64,000 bases of DNA from Minisyncoccota bacterium (GTDB taxonomy: Bacteria; Patescibacteriota; Minisyncoccia; JAHIHE01; JAGLIN01): the NCBI GenBank assembly GCA_041661265.1, contig JBAZUT010000003.1, forward strand, positions 143,191 to 207,190, written 5' to 3'. The notes beneath the pieces are model-generated. The model worked only from the letters and a program-made list of their open reading frames with translations, made no database searches and was not told where the DNA came from. A program made the translations under genes and the position numbers. This document shows positions 39,463 to 48,587 of the stretch, one piece after another; positions within the stretch are counted from its first letter, which is position 1, and each line of letters begins with the position of its first letter.

Positions 39463-41928
39463 ATGGAAATCGATTTTATTGATCTGGTCATTACAGTCGG
39501 CATTTTTGATTTTGCCGTGTTGTTTTTTGTTTTTTTTATTTTTTGTTTTTTTGTCTACTTTATCTCAAACTTGAAAAGCTCGGGACAGCTTTCGCGCTCG
39601 CTGAATATGACCGTTCTCCGGATCGCTGTGCCGAAAAACAACCAAAAAGAACAGAAAGAAACAGGCGAAGCGGAAAAGGAAAGTATTTCCATAATGGAAC
39701 ATCTTTTCGCAAGCTTGAGCAATATCAGGGAAGAGTCTATGAAGAAGCTGATCTATGGCCCATTTTATCTTTCTTTCGAGATATCTACGCCGATAGACAG
39801 CAATGAAATTTTTTTCTATGTTTCATGCCCGAAAAAGTTCCAGTCGATAATCGAAAAACAGATACATAGCTTTTATTCAGACGCGGAGATCAAAAAGATC
39901 GACGACTACAATTCATTCGTTCCCAACGGAAAAAGCGCAGGATGCTATTTGAAACTCAAAAAAACCACCGCATTCCCTCTGAAAACATACAGAAGACTCG
40001 AAGCCGATCCGATCTCAAGCATAACCAATGCGCTCAGCAAGATCCCTGTCGGAAAAGGCGCAGCCATACAGATCATAATCAAACCGACAGATAATCTCTG
40101 GCACCAGGAAAGCACTGAGCTCATCAAAGAAATGCAAAAGGGCAGAGGATTCGGCGGAAAAAAACAATCTTCGACCGTAAAAGCGATCGGCGAATTTGCA
40201 AAGATCGCTGCCGGAACAGACTCAAAGAAGGATGAAAAGAAAAAGCAGGAAGAACTTCAGATAAAACTTACATCTTCTCAGGAAGAAACGATGAAAGCCG
40301 TTTCCGAGAAAGCGACTAAGGTCGGATTTATGACCAATATACGGATAGTCACATCAGCTCCTACGCTTGAAGAAGCAAAAATGACGCTGAACGAGATTGA
40401 GAATTCATTCACTCAATTCGGTTCACCGGACCTCAACTCATTCGAGATCAGCGAGCTTGTGGGGGGAAGTCTCAATCAGGCAATATATAATTTTATATTC
40501 AGAAATTTCGACAAGTCGCGGAAGATCATCCTCAACACGGAAGAGCTTGCCAGCATATATCATTTCCCGATCATGTCGACACAGACCCCTCAGGTCAATT
40601 GGCTGAAATCAAAACAGGCGCCGGCGCCGAACAATATCGTCGAAAAGGGATTGATATTGGGGCACAATACATACAGAGGGATCGACACGATCATAAAGAT
40701 CGGACGCGAAGACAGAAGAAGGCACATGTACGTCATCGGACAGACCGGAACCGGAAAGTCGGCTTTCCTCGGCGAACTCATTAAGCAGGATATAAAAAAT
40801 GGCGACGGCATATGTCTTATAGACCCGCATGGCGATCTTGTTGAAGAGGCACTGGGTTCGGTTCCAAAAGACAGAGCTGAGGACGTCGTGCTTTTCGATC
40901 CGTCAAACATGCAGAAGCCGATGGGGTTGAACCTTCTTGAATATGATCCGAATTATCCCGAGCAAAAGACGTTTGTCATCAATGAAATGATCAAGATCTT
41001 CGATAAATTATATGATCTGAAATCCACAGGCGGACCGATGTTCGAGCAATATATGAGAAATGCGATGCTTCTTATCATGGAAGATCCCGCCTCAGGATCC
41101 ACGCTGATCGAAATCTCAAAAGTTCTTGCGGATGCGGAGTTCAGAAAATATAAATTATCGAAATGCAAGAATTATGTCGTCAAGAATTTCTGGCAAAAAG
41201 AAGCTGAAAAGGCCGGCGGGGAAGCGGCTCTTGCGAATATGGTACCCTACATCACAAGCAAGCTGACACAATTCATATCCAACGACACAATGCGACCGAT
41301 CATCGGCCAGCAGAAAAGCTCCATAAATTTCAGAGAAATAATGGATAATCGCAAGATCCTTCTTGTGAACCTTTCAAAGGGAAGGATCGGAGAAATGAAC
41401 GCATATCTTTTGGGACTTGTTATTGTCGGAAAAATACTGGTTTCATCGCTCAGCAGAACCGACATGCCGCAGGAAGAAAGAAAAGATTTCTATCTATATA
41501 TCGACGAGTTCCAGAATTTCACAACCGACAGCATTTCAACCATACTTTCTGAAGCGAGAAAATATCGATTGTGCCTCAACATAGCGCATCAATTCCTCGG
41601 CCAGCTTCCCGAAGAGATCCAAAAGTCCGTATTCGGAAACGTCGGAAGCATAATCTCTTTCAGGATCGGCCCCGAGGACGCCGAATTTATGACAAAACAA
41701 TTCATGCCCGTATTTGATGAACAGGACCTTATCAACATCGACAACTACAACGCCTACGTAAAACTTATGATATCGGGAACCATAAGCAGGGGATTTAATA
41801 TGGCCACATTCCCGCCGCTCAAGACAAATCTCGAGATCGCAAGCGCAATTAAAGAGCTTTCTTCACTTAAATATGGCCGTGATAGAGAAGTTATCGAACG
41901 CGAGATAATACAAAGAACGCTGATCTAG
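39463..41928 (+). CDS. VirD4/TrwB/TraG-family type IV coupling-protein-like P-loop ATPase with an N-terminal TM anchor
   Basis: N-terminal TM helix (VITVGIFDFAVLFFVFFIFCFFVYF). The Walker A block MYVIGQTGTGKSAFLGELIKQDIKNGDGICLIDPHGDLVEE is colinear with the TrwB block ATGTGKSVLLRELAYTGLLRGDRMVIVDPNGD. The Walker B is YLYIDEFQNF (TrwB has FIDELASL). Total length is 821 aa. Confidence 0.65.
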   Translation: MEIDFIDLVITVGIFDFAVLFFVFFIFCFFVYFISNLKSSGQLSRSLNMTVLRIAVPKNNQKEQKETGEAEKESISIMEHLFASLSNIREESMKKLIYGPFYLSFEISTPIDSNEIFFYVSCPKKFQSIIEKQIHSFYSDAEIKKIDDYNSFVPNGKSAGCYLKLKKTTAFPLKTYRRLEADPISSITNALSKIPVGKGAAIQIIIKPTDNLWHQESTELIKEMQKGRGFGGKKQSSTVKAIGEFAKIAAGTDSKKDEKKKQEELQIKLTSSQEETMKAVSEKATKVGFMTNIRIVTSAPTLEEAKMTLNEIENSFTQFGSPDLNSFEISELVGGSLNQAIYNFIFRNFDKSRKIILNTEELASIYHFPIMSTQTPQVNWLKSKQAPAPNNIVEKGLILGHNTYRGIDTIIKIGREDRRRHMYVIGQTGTGKSAFLGELIKQDIKNGDGICLIDPHGDLVEEALGSVPKDRAEDVVLFDPSNMQKPMGLNLLEYDPNYPEQKTFVINEMIKIFDKLYDLKSTGGPMFEQYMRNAMLLIMEDPASGSTLIEISKVLADAEFRKYKLSKCKNYVVKNFWQKEAEKAGGEAALANMVPYITSKLTQFISNDTMRPIIGQQKSSINFREIMDNRKILLVNLSKGRIGEMNAYLLGLVIVGKILVSSLSRTDMPQEERKDFYLYIDEFQNFTTDSISTILSEARKYRLCLNIAHQFLGQLPEEIQKSVFGNVGSIISFRIGPEDAEFMTKQFMPVFDEQDLINIDNYNAYVKLMISGTISRGFNMATFPPLKTNLEIASAIKELSSLKYGRDREVIEREIIQRTLI

Positions 41929-41929
41929 A

Positions 41930-42098
41930 CTAAGAGCCTGTCTGAAAAGTTCATATTTGGCCAAAAACTCATAATTTCGGCTGCAAATCATTCAAAACTC
42001 GTCAGCTTAACATCAGTTAAACCTCCTCATTTTTTATAATTTTCGCTCGAAATCCTGAGTTTTATTGCTCAAAAGAAACTTCTCAGACAGGCTCTAAG
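41930..42098. repeat. Inverted-repeat-flanked element of about 170 bp (MITE-like or long stem)
   Basis: CTAAGAGCCTGTCTGAAAAGTT at 41930-41951 and AACTTCTCAGACAGGCTCTAAG at 42077-42098 form a 20/22 inverted repeat around an AT-rich spacer of about 125 bp. Confidence 0.4.
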
Positions 42099-42180
42099 AT
42101 TTCACTATCACACCCAATAAGCCGTTTTAAAGGCCGGGTATTGCCAATTTGGCTGGAATTGATATAATGTTCTAGTATCT

Positions 42181-42253
42181 GCGGGTGTCGTATAACGGCT
42201 TATTATGCTAGCCTTCCAAGCTGGAGACGTGGGTTCGACTCCCATCACCCGCT
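42181..42253 (+). tRNA. tRNA-Gly (anticodon TCC)
   Basis: GCGGGTG acceptor stem, anticodon stem CTAGC/GCTGG with loop CTTCCAA, T-arm GTGGG-TTCGACT-CCCAT, and discriminator U. Confidence 0.75.
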
Positions 42254-42285
42254 CATCGATAATGAAAAATGCAGCATAAAAAAAC

Positions 42286-44268
42286 TTGATGATATTAAAA
42301 CAAAATATTTACGCGGTCAAGAAAAAAACAAAACAACTAAAATCGTTTTATGCGTTTATGTTGTTTTTTTGTGCCTTTTTCATTTATTCACCTTTTATAT
42401 TTTCCGGATACGCAAAAGCTGACACGCTTAATGACAAAGTTAATTTCCTCGTCGATTCTTCATATGACTCGAATAACCGGTCGAATATCGATACGACACT
42501 GAGAAAGATCAGCAATTACGCTTTTTTTTATGTCGAAAACGAATATTACGATTCCCTTGGATATGCCGAACAGGTTAAATTCGATTCCGACCTTGAAAAT
42601 CTTGCTTCCAGTTTTGATAACACGATATATCCCAGAATGCGCAATATCTTCGGGGATGAATGGAGTCCCGGAATTGACAACATGGAACACATCACAATAC
42701 TTTTCACAAAAACAAAAGAGAATGTCGGCGGTTATTTCAATCCCAACGACGAGTATCCGAAATCAAATGTCGTCGATGACAAAAGCAATGAGAGAGAAAT
42801 GCTCTATCTGAACGCAATTTTTGCAGGCAATGACAGGATAGAAAGTTTTATAGCCCATGAATTTCAGCACATGATAACGTGGTATCATAAAACTAAACTT
42901 AGAAATATCAATGACGACATCTGGCTGAACGAATCCAGATCGGAATATGCATCGACCGCGATAGGATATGATGACGACTATCAGAAAAGCAATCTTCGCG
43001 CCAGAGTCGAGAATTTCATGCAAAATCAGACTGACTCGCTTACGGAATGGCAGAACAAGATCCAGGATTATTCTTCCGTAAATCTCTTTTCTCAATACCT
43101 CGCCGATCATTTCGGAGGCGACACCTTCAGGACTATGATAGGCAATGATACTGCCGGCATCGAAAGCATAAATAAGGCGCTCAGCGAAAATGGCTTCACG
43201 AGCAGTGTTTTTTCCGATATTTTTTCGAATTGGAGCGTGGCCAATTATCTGAACAACAGATATTATCTTGACGGAAAATATGGATACATTAATCCAAATC
43301 TTACATATGACAATTTCCATCTGGCACCGACAAAGACCTATTTTATCGGCAACGACGATATTCCCGTCAGCATATCAGCTTCCATTAAAGACTGGAGTTC
43401 GAGATATTTTGAAATAAAACCGGCCAATAACCTGACGGGCTTGAATATCGAGATAAGCTTTAACGGCGATAATTCGGGTAAATTTGCTGTTCCATATGCG
43501 CTCATGTCCGGAGATGCGGTTGTTTCCGTGAGTAAAGCTATTCTTGACAGGAATCAGGATAATAAAATACTGGTCAAAAACTTCGGAACAGATATCACTT
43601 CCGTCATATTGATGCCGAATAGCCAGAAAAAAACAGAGGGATTCGGGAGCGAGATAGAATCATATTCATTTTCCATTTCCGTTAAGACGATCATCGGAGA
43701 ACTATACCCCGACGGCACAATTCTAAAATCATACAAAAATCCTGAAGTATATCTGATCGAGGACGGAAAGAAGAGGTGGATCACGAGCGCTGCGGCTTTT
43801 ATTTCAAACGGATACAGCTGGAATAACATAACCTATATAAATTCTAACGAACTCGACTTTTTTGAAAGAGGAGAAAATATTTATGCAAAAGACCTGAAAC
43901 CCGACGGCACTCTCATTAAGGGCAGCGGACCGGAGGTTTATATTGTTGAAAACGGAATGAAAAGATGGATAACGACAGCCGGAGTTTTCGTGTCGAGGGG
44001 CTATAAATGGGAAAACATCATAACTGTGTCGGAAAACGAACTCGGTTCATATACAGAAGGTCAGGATATATCTTTCCAGAATCTGAAACCCGACGGCACT
44101 CTCATTAAGGGCAGCGGACCGGAGGTTTATATTGTTGAAAACGGAATGAAAAGATGGATAACGACAGCCGGAGTTTTCGTGTCGAGGGGCTATAAATGGG
44201 AAGAGATCGTCGTGATCCCGGACATAGACTTGAACTCTTATGCGGACGGATTGGATATAGACAGATGA
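42286..44268 (+). CDS. Secreted protein with an HExxH (zincin-like) motif and three C-terminal repeats of about 63 aa
   Basis: Signal/TM helix LKSFYAFMLFFCAFFIYSPFIF. An AHEFQHM motif is present. The three C-terminal repeats (YPDGTILK...VYLIEDGKKRWITS...GYSWNNI) are related to those of the downstream hydrolase. Confidence 0.55.
   Translation: MMILKQNIYAVKKKTKQLKSFYAFMLFFCAFFIYSPFIFSGYAKADTLNDKVNFLVDSSYDSNNRSNIDTTLRKISNYAFFYVENEYYDSLGYAEQVKFDSDLENLASSFDNTIYPRMRNIFGDEWSPGIDNMEHITILFTKTKENVGGYFNPNDEYPKSNVVDDKSNEREMLYLNAIFAGNDRIESFIAHEFQHMITWYHKTKLRNINDDIWLNESRSEYASTAIGYDDDYQKSNLRARVENFMQNQTDSLTEWQNKIQDYSSVNLFSQYLADHFGGDTFRTMIGNDTAGIESINKALSENGFTSSVFSDIFSNWSVANYLNNRYYLDGKYGYINPNLTYDNFHLAPTKTYFIGNDDIPVSISASIKDWSSRYFEIKPANNLTGLNIEISFNGDNSGKFAVPYALMSGDAVVSVSKAILDRNQDNKILVKNFGTDITSVILMPNSQKKTEGFGSEIESYSFSISVKTIIGELYPDGTILKSYKNPEVYLIEDGKKRWITSAAAFISNGYSWNNITYINSNELDFFERGENIYAKDLKPDGTLIKGSGPEVYIVENGMKRWITTAGVFVSRGYKWENIITVSENELGSYTEGQDISFQNLKPDGTLIKGSGPEVYIVENGMKRWITTAGVFVSRGYKWEEIVVIPDIDLNSYADGLDIDR
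43894..44202 (+). repeat. Two 120-nt stretches identical at the nucleotide level (period 189 nt) within the CDS, indicating a recent tandem duplication
   Basis: CTGAAACCCGACGGCACTCTCATTAAGGGCAGCGGACCGGAGGTTTATATTG...GGCTATAAATGGGAA occurs at 43894-44013 and again at 44083-44202. Confidence 0.8.
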
Positions 44269-44354
44269 TCACAAAAGCGGCTTGTTTCTGATGAGCTGTT
44301 TTTTTTATCGATAGCGCCAAACGGAACAATATGCTATAATGTGGTCATAGAAAT

Positions 44355-47300
44355 ATGATTATTACAAAATTAAATTCAAAGAAATTACCCTATTCTGCTA
44401 TTTTATTCCTAGCAGTATTTTTTGCCTTGTTCGAAAACATCGCATATGCATCGAATTCTATCGCGCCTGAAATAATACCCCGATCCGTCTGGGGAGGAAG
44501 CAAAACGACCCCGGATTGGCCAGTTGAATACGGCAATGCGGAAAAATTCGTAATTCACCACACCGCCAGCTCCACTCTCACTCCCGATGCGGACGGAAGC
44601 GGTAAATACACCGACATGGTGGAAAGCATATTCGATTATCACAGCGAAAAAAAAACCTGGTATGACGATGATGGGGAGTATGTCGGATTCGGAGATATAG
44701 GATACAACTACATCATAGATCCGAATGGGAATATTTATGAAGGCCGAGCCGGCGGGAACGGGAGCACCGGCGGACACGTGAAAGGATTCAATGTCGGCAG
44801 CATCGGCATTTCCGTTCTCGGAAGGTATCAAGGATATCTCAATTCCAAGAACGAGAACGTACCATCCCACCCCGTCACGGATTCGATCCTGGATTCTCTG
44901 AAAAATCTGATCGGCTGGCTTGCTTCTGCGAATAACATAGACCTGAACGCTACGACGGAATTCCATGGAAAAAATATAGACGGGATCGTCGGACACAGGG
45001 ACCTTTCGGCAACGATATGCCCGGGAAATGACCTTTATTCAAAACTCAGCGAGATACAGAATTCTGCCGTCATCAAAAAGACGGAATTCGACAAATACGC
45101 CTATCAGATTCCGGGCGACCGGTCGATATACGTCATCGACGAAGGCTATAAGCTGAAATTTAACTCGTTAGGGGAGCTTCCAAGCGGACACAGGAACAAA
45201 AATGTCATAGCCGCTTCCGAAGCTCAATTGGACCTTTTCAGATATAAGGATTCAACGATATATCCCGATGGATCGCTATTGCAGGAATTCGGTTCTAATG
45301 CGGTTTATTATATCGACAAACAGGAGAAAAGACATCTGAATATGAAAGGCGAAGAGTTTTCAAAAATGGGATTCGATAATTCCAAGATCATATACGTTTT
45401 TAAAAGCGATCTGAATATTTACAAAGAGGGGAAAAACATCAAATACGGACCGGACGGAAAATTGGTCAAAGACGCAAGTTCGAAAGTATACCTTATTCAG
45501 AGCGGAAAGAAAAGAGGATTCACCTCGGCAAAGCTTTTCGAGTTCCTCGGATATAGATGGAAGAATATCGAACTAGATGAAAACATCGGTCTTTATCTTG
45601 ATGGAGGCGATATGCTGTATCCGGACAAATCCCTGGTCAAAACCGCCGCCAGTCCCAATGTCTATTTCATTGAAAATAAGCAGAAAAGAAAAATAACCTC
45701 GGATACCCTGTTCAATAAGCTGGGATACAAGACAAAAAATGTGATCACGATCGAAGATGTCGAACTCTCCCATTTTCCGAGCGCAAAAAATATGACATAC
45801 CCCGACGGCACGCTCCTACAGCAAGAGAACAGGCCTTCGGTTTATCTCGTCGCAAATGGCAGTGTCAGGATATTTCCTTCAGCTGAATTATTCCTGAAAC
45901 TCGGATATAAATGGAAGAACGTGACCGCGATCAAGGCAGATGAGTTCAAGAATTATTCCTATGCAGGAAGGGTCCTGCAACCAAATGGGACATTGATCAG
46001 ACCATTGGACGGATCGGACATTTATCTTGTCGACAATGGCACAAAGAGAAAGATATCTTCGGCTTTAATGTTCGAAAAGCTCGGATACAAATGGAACAGC
46101 GTACTCCCGCTTCCACCGGACCAGATCAATGAATATCCTTCCGGAGAGAATTTAAAGTATCCGGATGGAACATTGATCAAAAAGGAAGGATCCGGGATCA
46201 TTTACAGAATCGACGGCGGGAAGATCAGGGAATTCACATCCCAAACGCTTTTCGAAAAGACCGGAAGCAAGTGGACGGATGTCGTGACTCTTCCGGCCAA
46301 TGAATTTGCAGCGTATGCATATGGCGGGATCGTAATGTATCCGAATAAGACTTTGCTCCGGGAAAAGGGAAAGGATGCCATCTATGTCATAAAAGATCAA
46401 AAAGCTTTGGGCATTAAAAGCCTGGCTGAATTCAATAAAGCCGGATATAAATGGAAGGATGTGATTGATCTGCCGAAAGAAGAAATAACCCTGATGATTG
46501 ATCCGGGCAAGGCGTTCCAGAGGGATGCAACACCGCAATACATTCCGGCCAAATCTCCGGCTAAAAGCGCGGATGCATTGACCAGCCAGGAAAAAACCGA
46601 GCCTCCCGCGTCGAACACTTCCGCCAACAAACCGGTTAATCCCGACATAAAGATAGCAATATACTCGATCACGGAAGGAAGTGTAAGGATGACGGCCAAC
46701 GGACCGTATAAAGTGGATCATATGAACGGAGACGGTACTATCCAGAAAACGGAAAAAAGATCCGCGAACGAGCAGACCGAAATAGCATATTTCAATTCCG
46801 CGTCCTATGTAAAATTCACCCCATCAAGCAAAGATACAGTGCTTGAGGTCGTGTCGTATAACGATCCATCCTGGAACAATGCCGTGAATGATAACAGATT
46901 CAGAGGTAATATTATAATCAAATACTCGGATATTTCCGATAAGCTATGGATCGTAAATGAGCTTCCTCTGGAAGATTACGTTAATGGAATAGCCGAAACT
47001 ACGAGCGAAAGCCATAACGAATATCTCAAGGCGTTCAGTATAATTGCAAGAACTTATGCAATGTATTATATTGAAAGGGGAGGCAAGCACATCGGAGAAC
47101 CTTTCCACCTGAAGAACAGCAGAAATGGAAATGGCAATGATCAGTCATATAAGGGATATAATTTCGAGATAAGAGCCGATAAGATAGTTTTGGCAAGCAG
47201 AGAAACTGCGGGAAAAATAATAACCTTTAACGGAAAACCGATTGTAGCGGCGTATTCATCGGATTCGGGCGGCGTTACAAAAAGCGCCTGTGATGTTCTG

Positions 47301-47510
47301 AGCAAAACTTATTGCAACAGCGACTTTTCCTATCTTTCCGGCGGCGCCAATGATCCAGATGGAACCGTTCACGACCGGAACAAGATGGCATCGAGTCATG
47401 GAGCCGGTATGAGTGCGGTGGGAGCCCTCAAGATGGCAGAAAACGGCACCTCCTTGCAGAACATGATCGCGCACTATTACCCTGGAGTTGAAATTATTAA
47501 ATATTATTGA
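44355..47510 (+). CDS. Secreted multidomain peptidoglycan hydrolase: PGRP/Amidase_2, about ten 60-aa repeats, and a SpoIID/LytB domain
   Basis: Signal peptide, then the Amidase_2 core (FVIHHTAS...GYNYIIDPNGNIYEGRAGG...ATICPGN). About ten tandem repeats follow (YPDG[ST]L[IL]..VY[LY]IxNGxKRxIxSxxxFxxLGYKWxNV). The C-terminal SpoIID signature is LEDYVNGIAE...ARTYAMYY...YSSDSGGVT. Confidence 0.75.
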   Translation: MIITKLNSKKLPYSAILFLAVFFALFENIAYASNSIAPEIIPRSVWGGSKTTPDWPVEYGNAEKFVIHHTASSTLTPDADGSGKYTDMVESIFDYHSEKKTWYDDDGEYVGFGDIGYNYIIDPNGNIYEGRAGGNGSTGGHVKGFNVGSIGISVLGRYQGYLNSKNENVPSHPVTDSILDSLKNLIGWLASANNIDLNATTEFHGKNIDGIVGHRDLSATICPGNDLYSKLSEIQNSAVIKKTEFDKYAYQIPGDRSIYVIDEGYKLKFNSLGELPSGHRNKNVIAASEAQLDLFRYKDSTIYPDGSLLQEFGSNAVYYIDKQEKRHLNMKGEEFSKMGFDNSKIIYVFKSDLNIYKEGKNIKYGPDGKLVKDASSKVYLIQSGKKRGFTSAKLFEFLGYRWKNIELDENIGLYLDGGDMLYPDKSLVKTAASPNVYFIENKQKRKITSDTLFNKLGYKTKNVITIEDVELSHFPSAKNMTYPDGTLLQQENRPSVYLVANGSVRIFPSAELFLKLGYKWKNVTAIKADEFKNYSYAGRVLQPNGTLIRPLDGSDIYLVDNGTKRKISSALMFEKLGYKWNSVLPLPPDQINEYPSGENLKYPDGTLIKKEGSGIIYRIDGGKIREFTSQTLFEKTGSKWTDVVTLPANEFAAYAYGGIVMYPNKTLLREKGKDAIYVIKDQKALGIKSLAEFNKAGYKWKDVIDLPKEEITLMIDPGKAFQRDATPQYIPAKSPAKSADALTSQEKTEPPASNTSANKPVNPDIKIAIYSITEGSVRMTANGPYKVDHMNGDGTIQKTEKRSANEQTEIAYFNSASYVKFTPSSKDTVLEVVSYNDPSWNNAVNDNRFRGNIIIKYSDISDKLWIVNELPLEDYVNGIAETTSESHNEYLKAFSIIARTYAMYYIERGGKHIGEPFHLKNSRNGNGNDQSYKGYNFEIRADKIVLASRETAGKIITFNGKPIVAAYSSDSGGVTKSACDVLSKTYCNSDFSYLSGGANDPDGTVHDRNKMASSHGAGMSAVGALKMAENGTSLQNMIAHYYPGVEIIKYY

Positions 47511-47517
47511 TAGTTCA

Positions 47518-47859
47518 ATGGAGCTGAACAAAAAAATATATTTTTCACTGATCGTATTTGCGATCAGTATTGCACAAGAGACCAATGCCACTCTGTCGAC
47601 ATTCGATTTTACTTCTCCAATTGAAAAAACTGACGTCAAAATCATATTGACTGACTTTCTTAAATGGCTGCTTACCGTGGTAGGATCATTCGCTTTTTTA
47701 GCGCTGATCATAGCAGGTATTTCATATATGACATCGATGGGCAATGTTGAAAAGGCTAAAAAGGCGAAAAAATCCGTGCTGTGGATAATCGGCGGACTAG
47801 TATTAATCCTGCTGTCATACTCCATTCTCGTAGTACTGGACAGTATTTTTACCGGTTAA
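47518..47859 (+). CDS. VirB2/TrbC-like pilin-type small protein, paralog 1
   Basis: Signal peptide, then two hydrophobic helices separated by a basic loop: FLKWLLTVVGSFAFLALIIAGISYMTSMGNVEKAKKAKKSVLWIIGGLVLILLSYSILVVL. The start was moved to the ATG at 47518 because 47488 overlaps the upstream gene. Confidence 0.5.
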   Translation: MELNKKIYFSLIVFAISIAQETNATLSTFDFTSPIEKTDVKIILTDFLKWLLTVVGSFAFLALIIAGISYMTSMGNVEKAKKAKKSVLWIIGGLVLILLSYSILVVLDSIFTG

Positions 47860-47877
47860 AAGCAAAATAAATTTAAT

Positions 47878-48216
47878 ATGAGATCAATTACGCATAGGAT
47901 CATATTCGTACTTTTGGTTTTTAGCATCATCGGCGCAGACAATGCACATTGCTTAACCACAACCTATAAACTTCCTCCGACAACATCAACAACGGATTTT
48001 CAGATGTTGCTGGTTAATTTATTACACTGGATGCTTTCCGTGATCGGTCCGATCGCATTGATAATGCTTATCATAGCAGGGATGATGCATATAACATCAG
48101 CAGGAGATCCTCAGAAGGCGGCTTCAGCAAAAAAAGTCTATATGGCCATGGCAGGCCTGATCATTGCGTTATTATCCTATTCAATGCTCGTATTATTAAA
48201 TAATATGTTTACATAA
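47878..48216 (+). CDS. VirB2/TrbC-like pilin-type small protein, paralog 2
   Basis: Same architecture as paralog 1: LLHWMLSVIGPIALIMLIIAGMMHITSAGDPQKAASAKK...LLSYSMLVLL. Confidence 0.5.
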   Translation: MRSITHRIIFVLLVFSIIGADNAHCLTTTYKLPPTTSTTDFQMLLVNLLHWMLSVIGPIALIMLIIAGMMHITSAGDPQKAASAKKVYMAMAGLIIALLSYSMLVLLNNMFT

Positions 48217-48224
48217 TATAAATT

Positions 48225-48584
48225 ATGACAAAAACAAATAACATTATGATTTCTTTAATTTGTCGCATTCTTCCGACGCTTTCAATATTCGCGCTTGTAA
48301 ATACCGCTAATGCAGCAACAACGACCTATAAAGTGACAAACCCGATAGCCACAAGCGATTTTGCAAAAATAGTGGCTAATTTTTTGAAATGGTTTCTTTC
48401 CGTAGCCGGAGCCATTGCGATGATAATGCTTATAGTAGCAGGCATCATGTATATGGGTTCAGCAGGAAATCCTCAGAAGGCGGCTTCAGCGAAAAAAATG
48501 GTGATGATAACACTAGGCGGACTGATATTATCGCTTTTATCATATTCGATCCTGGTAATACTTGATAATATTTTTACAAAATAA
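48225..48584 (+). CDS. VirB2/TrbC-like pilin-type small protein, paralog 3
   Basis: FLKWFLSVAGAIAMIMLIVAGIMYMGSAGNPQKAASAKK...LLSYSILVIL. The 31-nt stretch CAGGAAATCCTCAGAAGGCGGCTTCAGCGAA is shared almost exactly with paralog 2. Confidence 0.5.
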   Translation: MTKTNNIMISLICRILPTLSIFALVNTANAATTTYKVTNPIATSDFAKIVANFLKWFLSVAGAIAMIMLIVAGIMYMGSAGNPQKAASAKKMVMITLGGLILSLLSYSILVILDNIFTK

Positions 48585-48587
48585 CAT

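Noticed and set aside
42286-47510. CRISPR array as an explanation of the periodic repeats
   Set aside because: The repeats are in-frame coding repeats of about 189 nt within long ORFs, with divergent copies and no short spacer-repeat periodicity. They are protein domain repeats.
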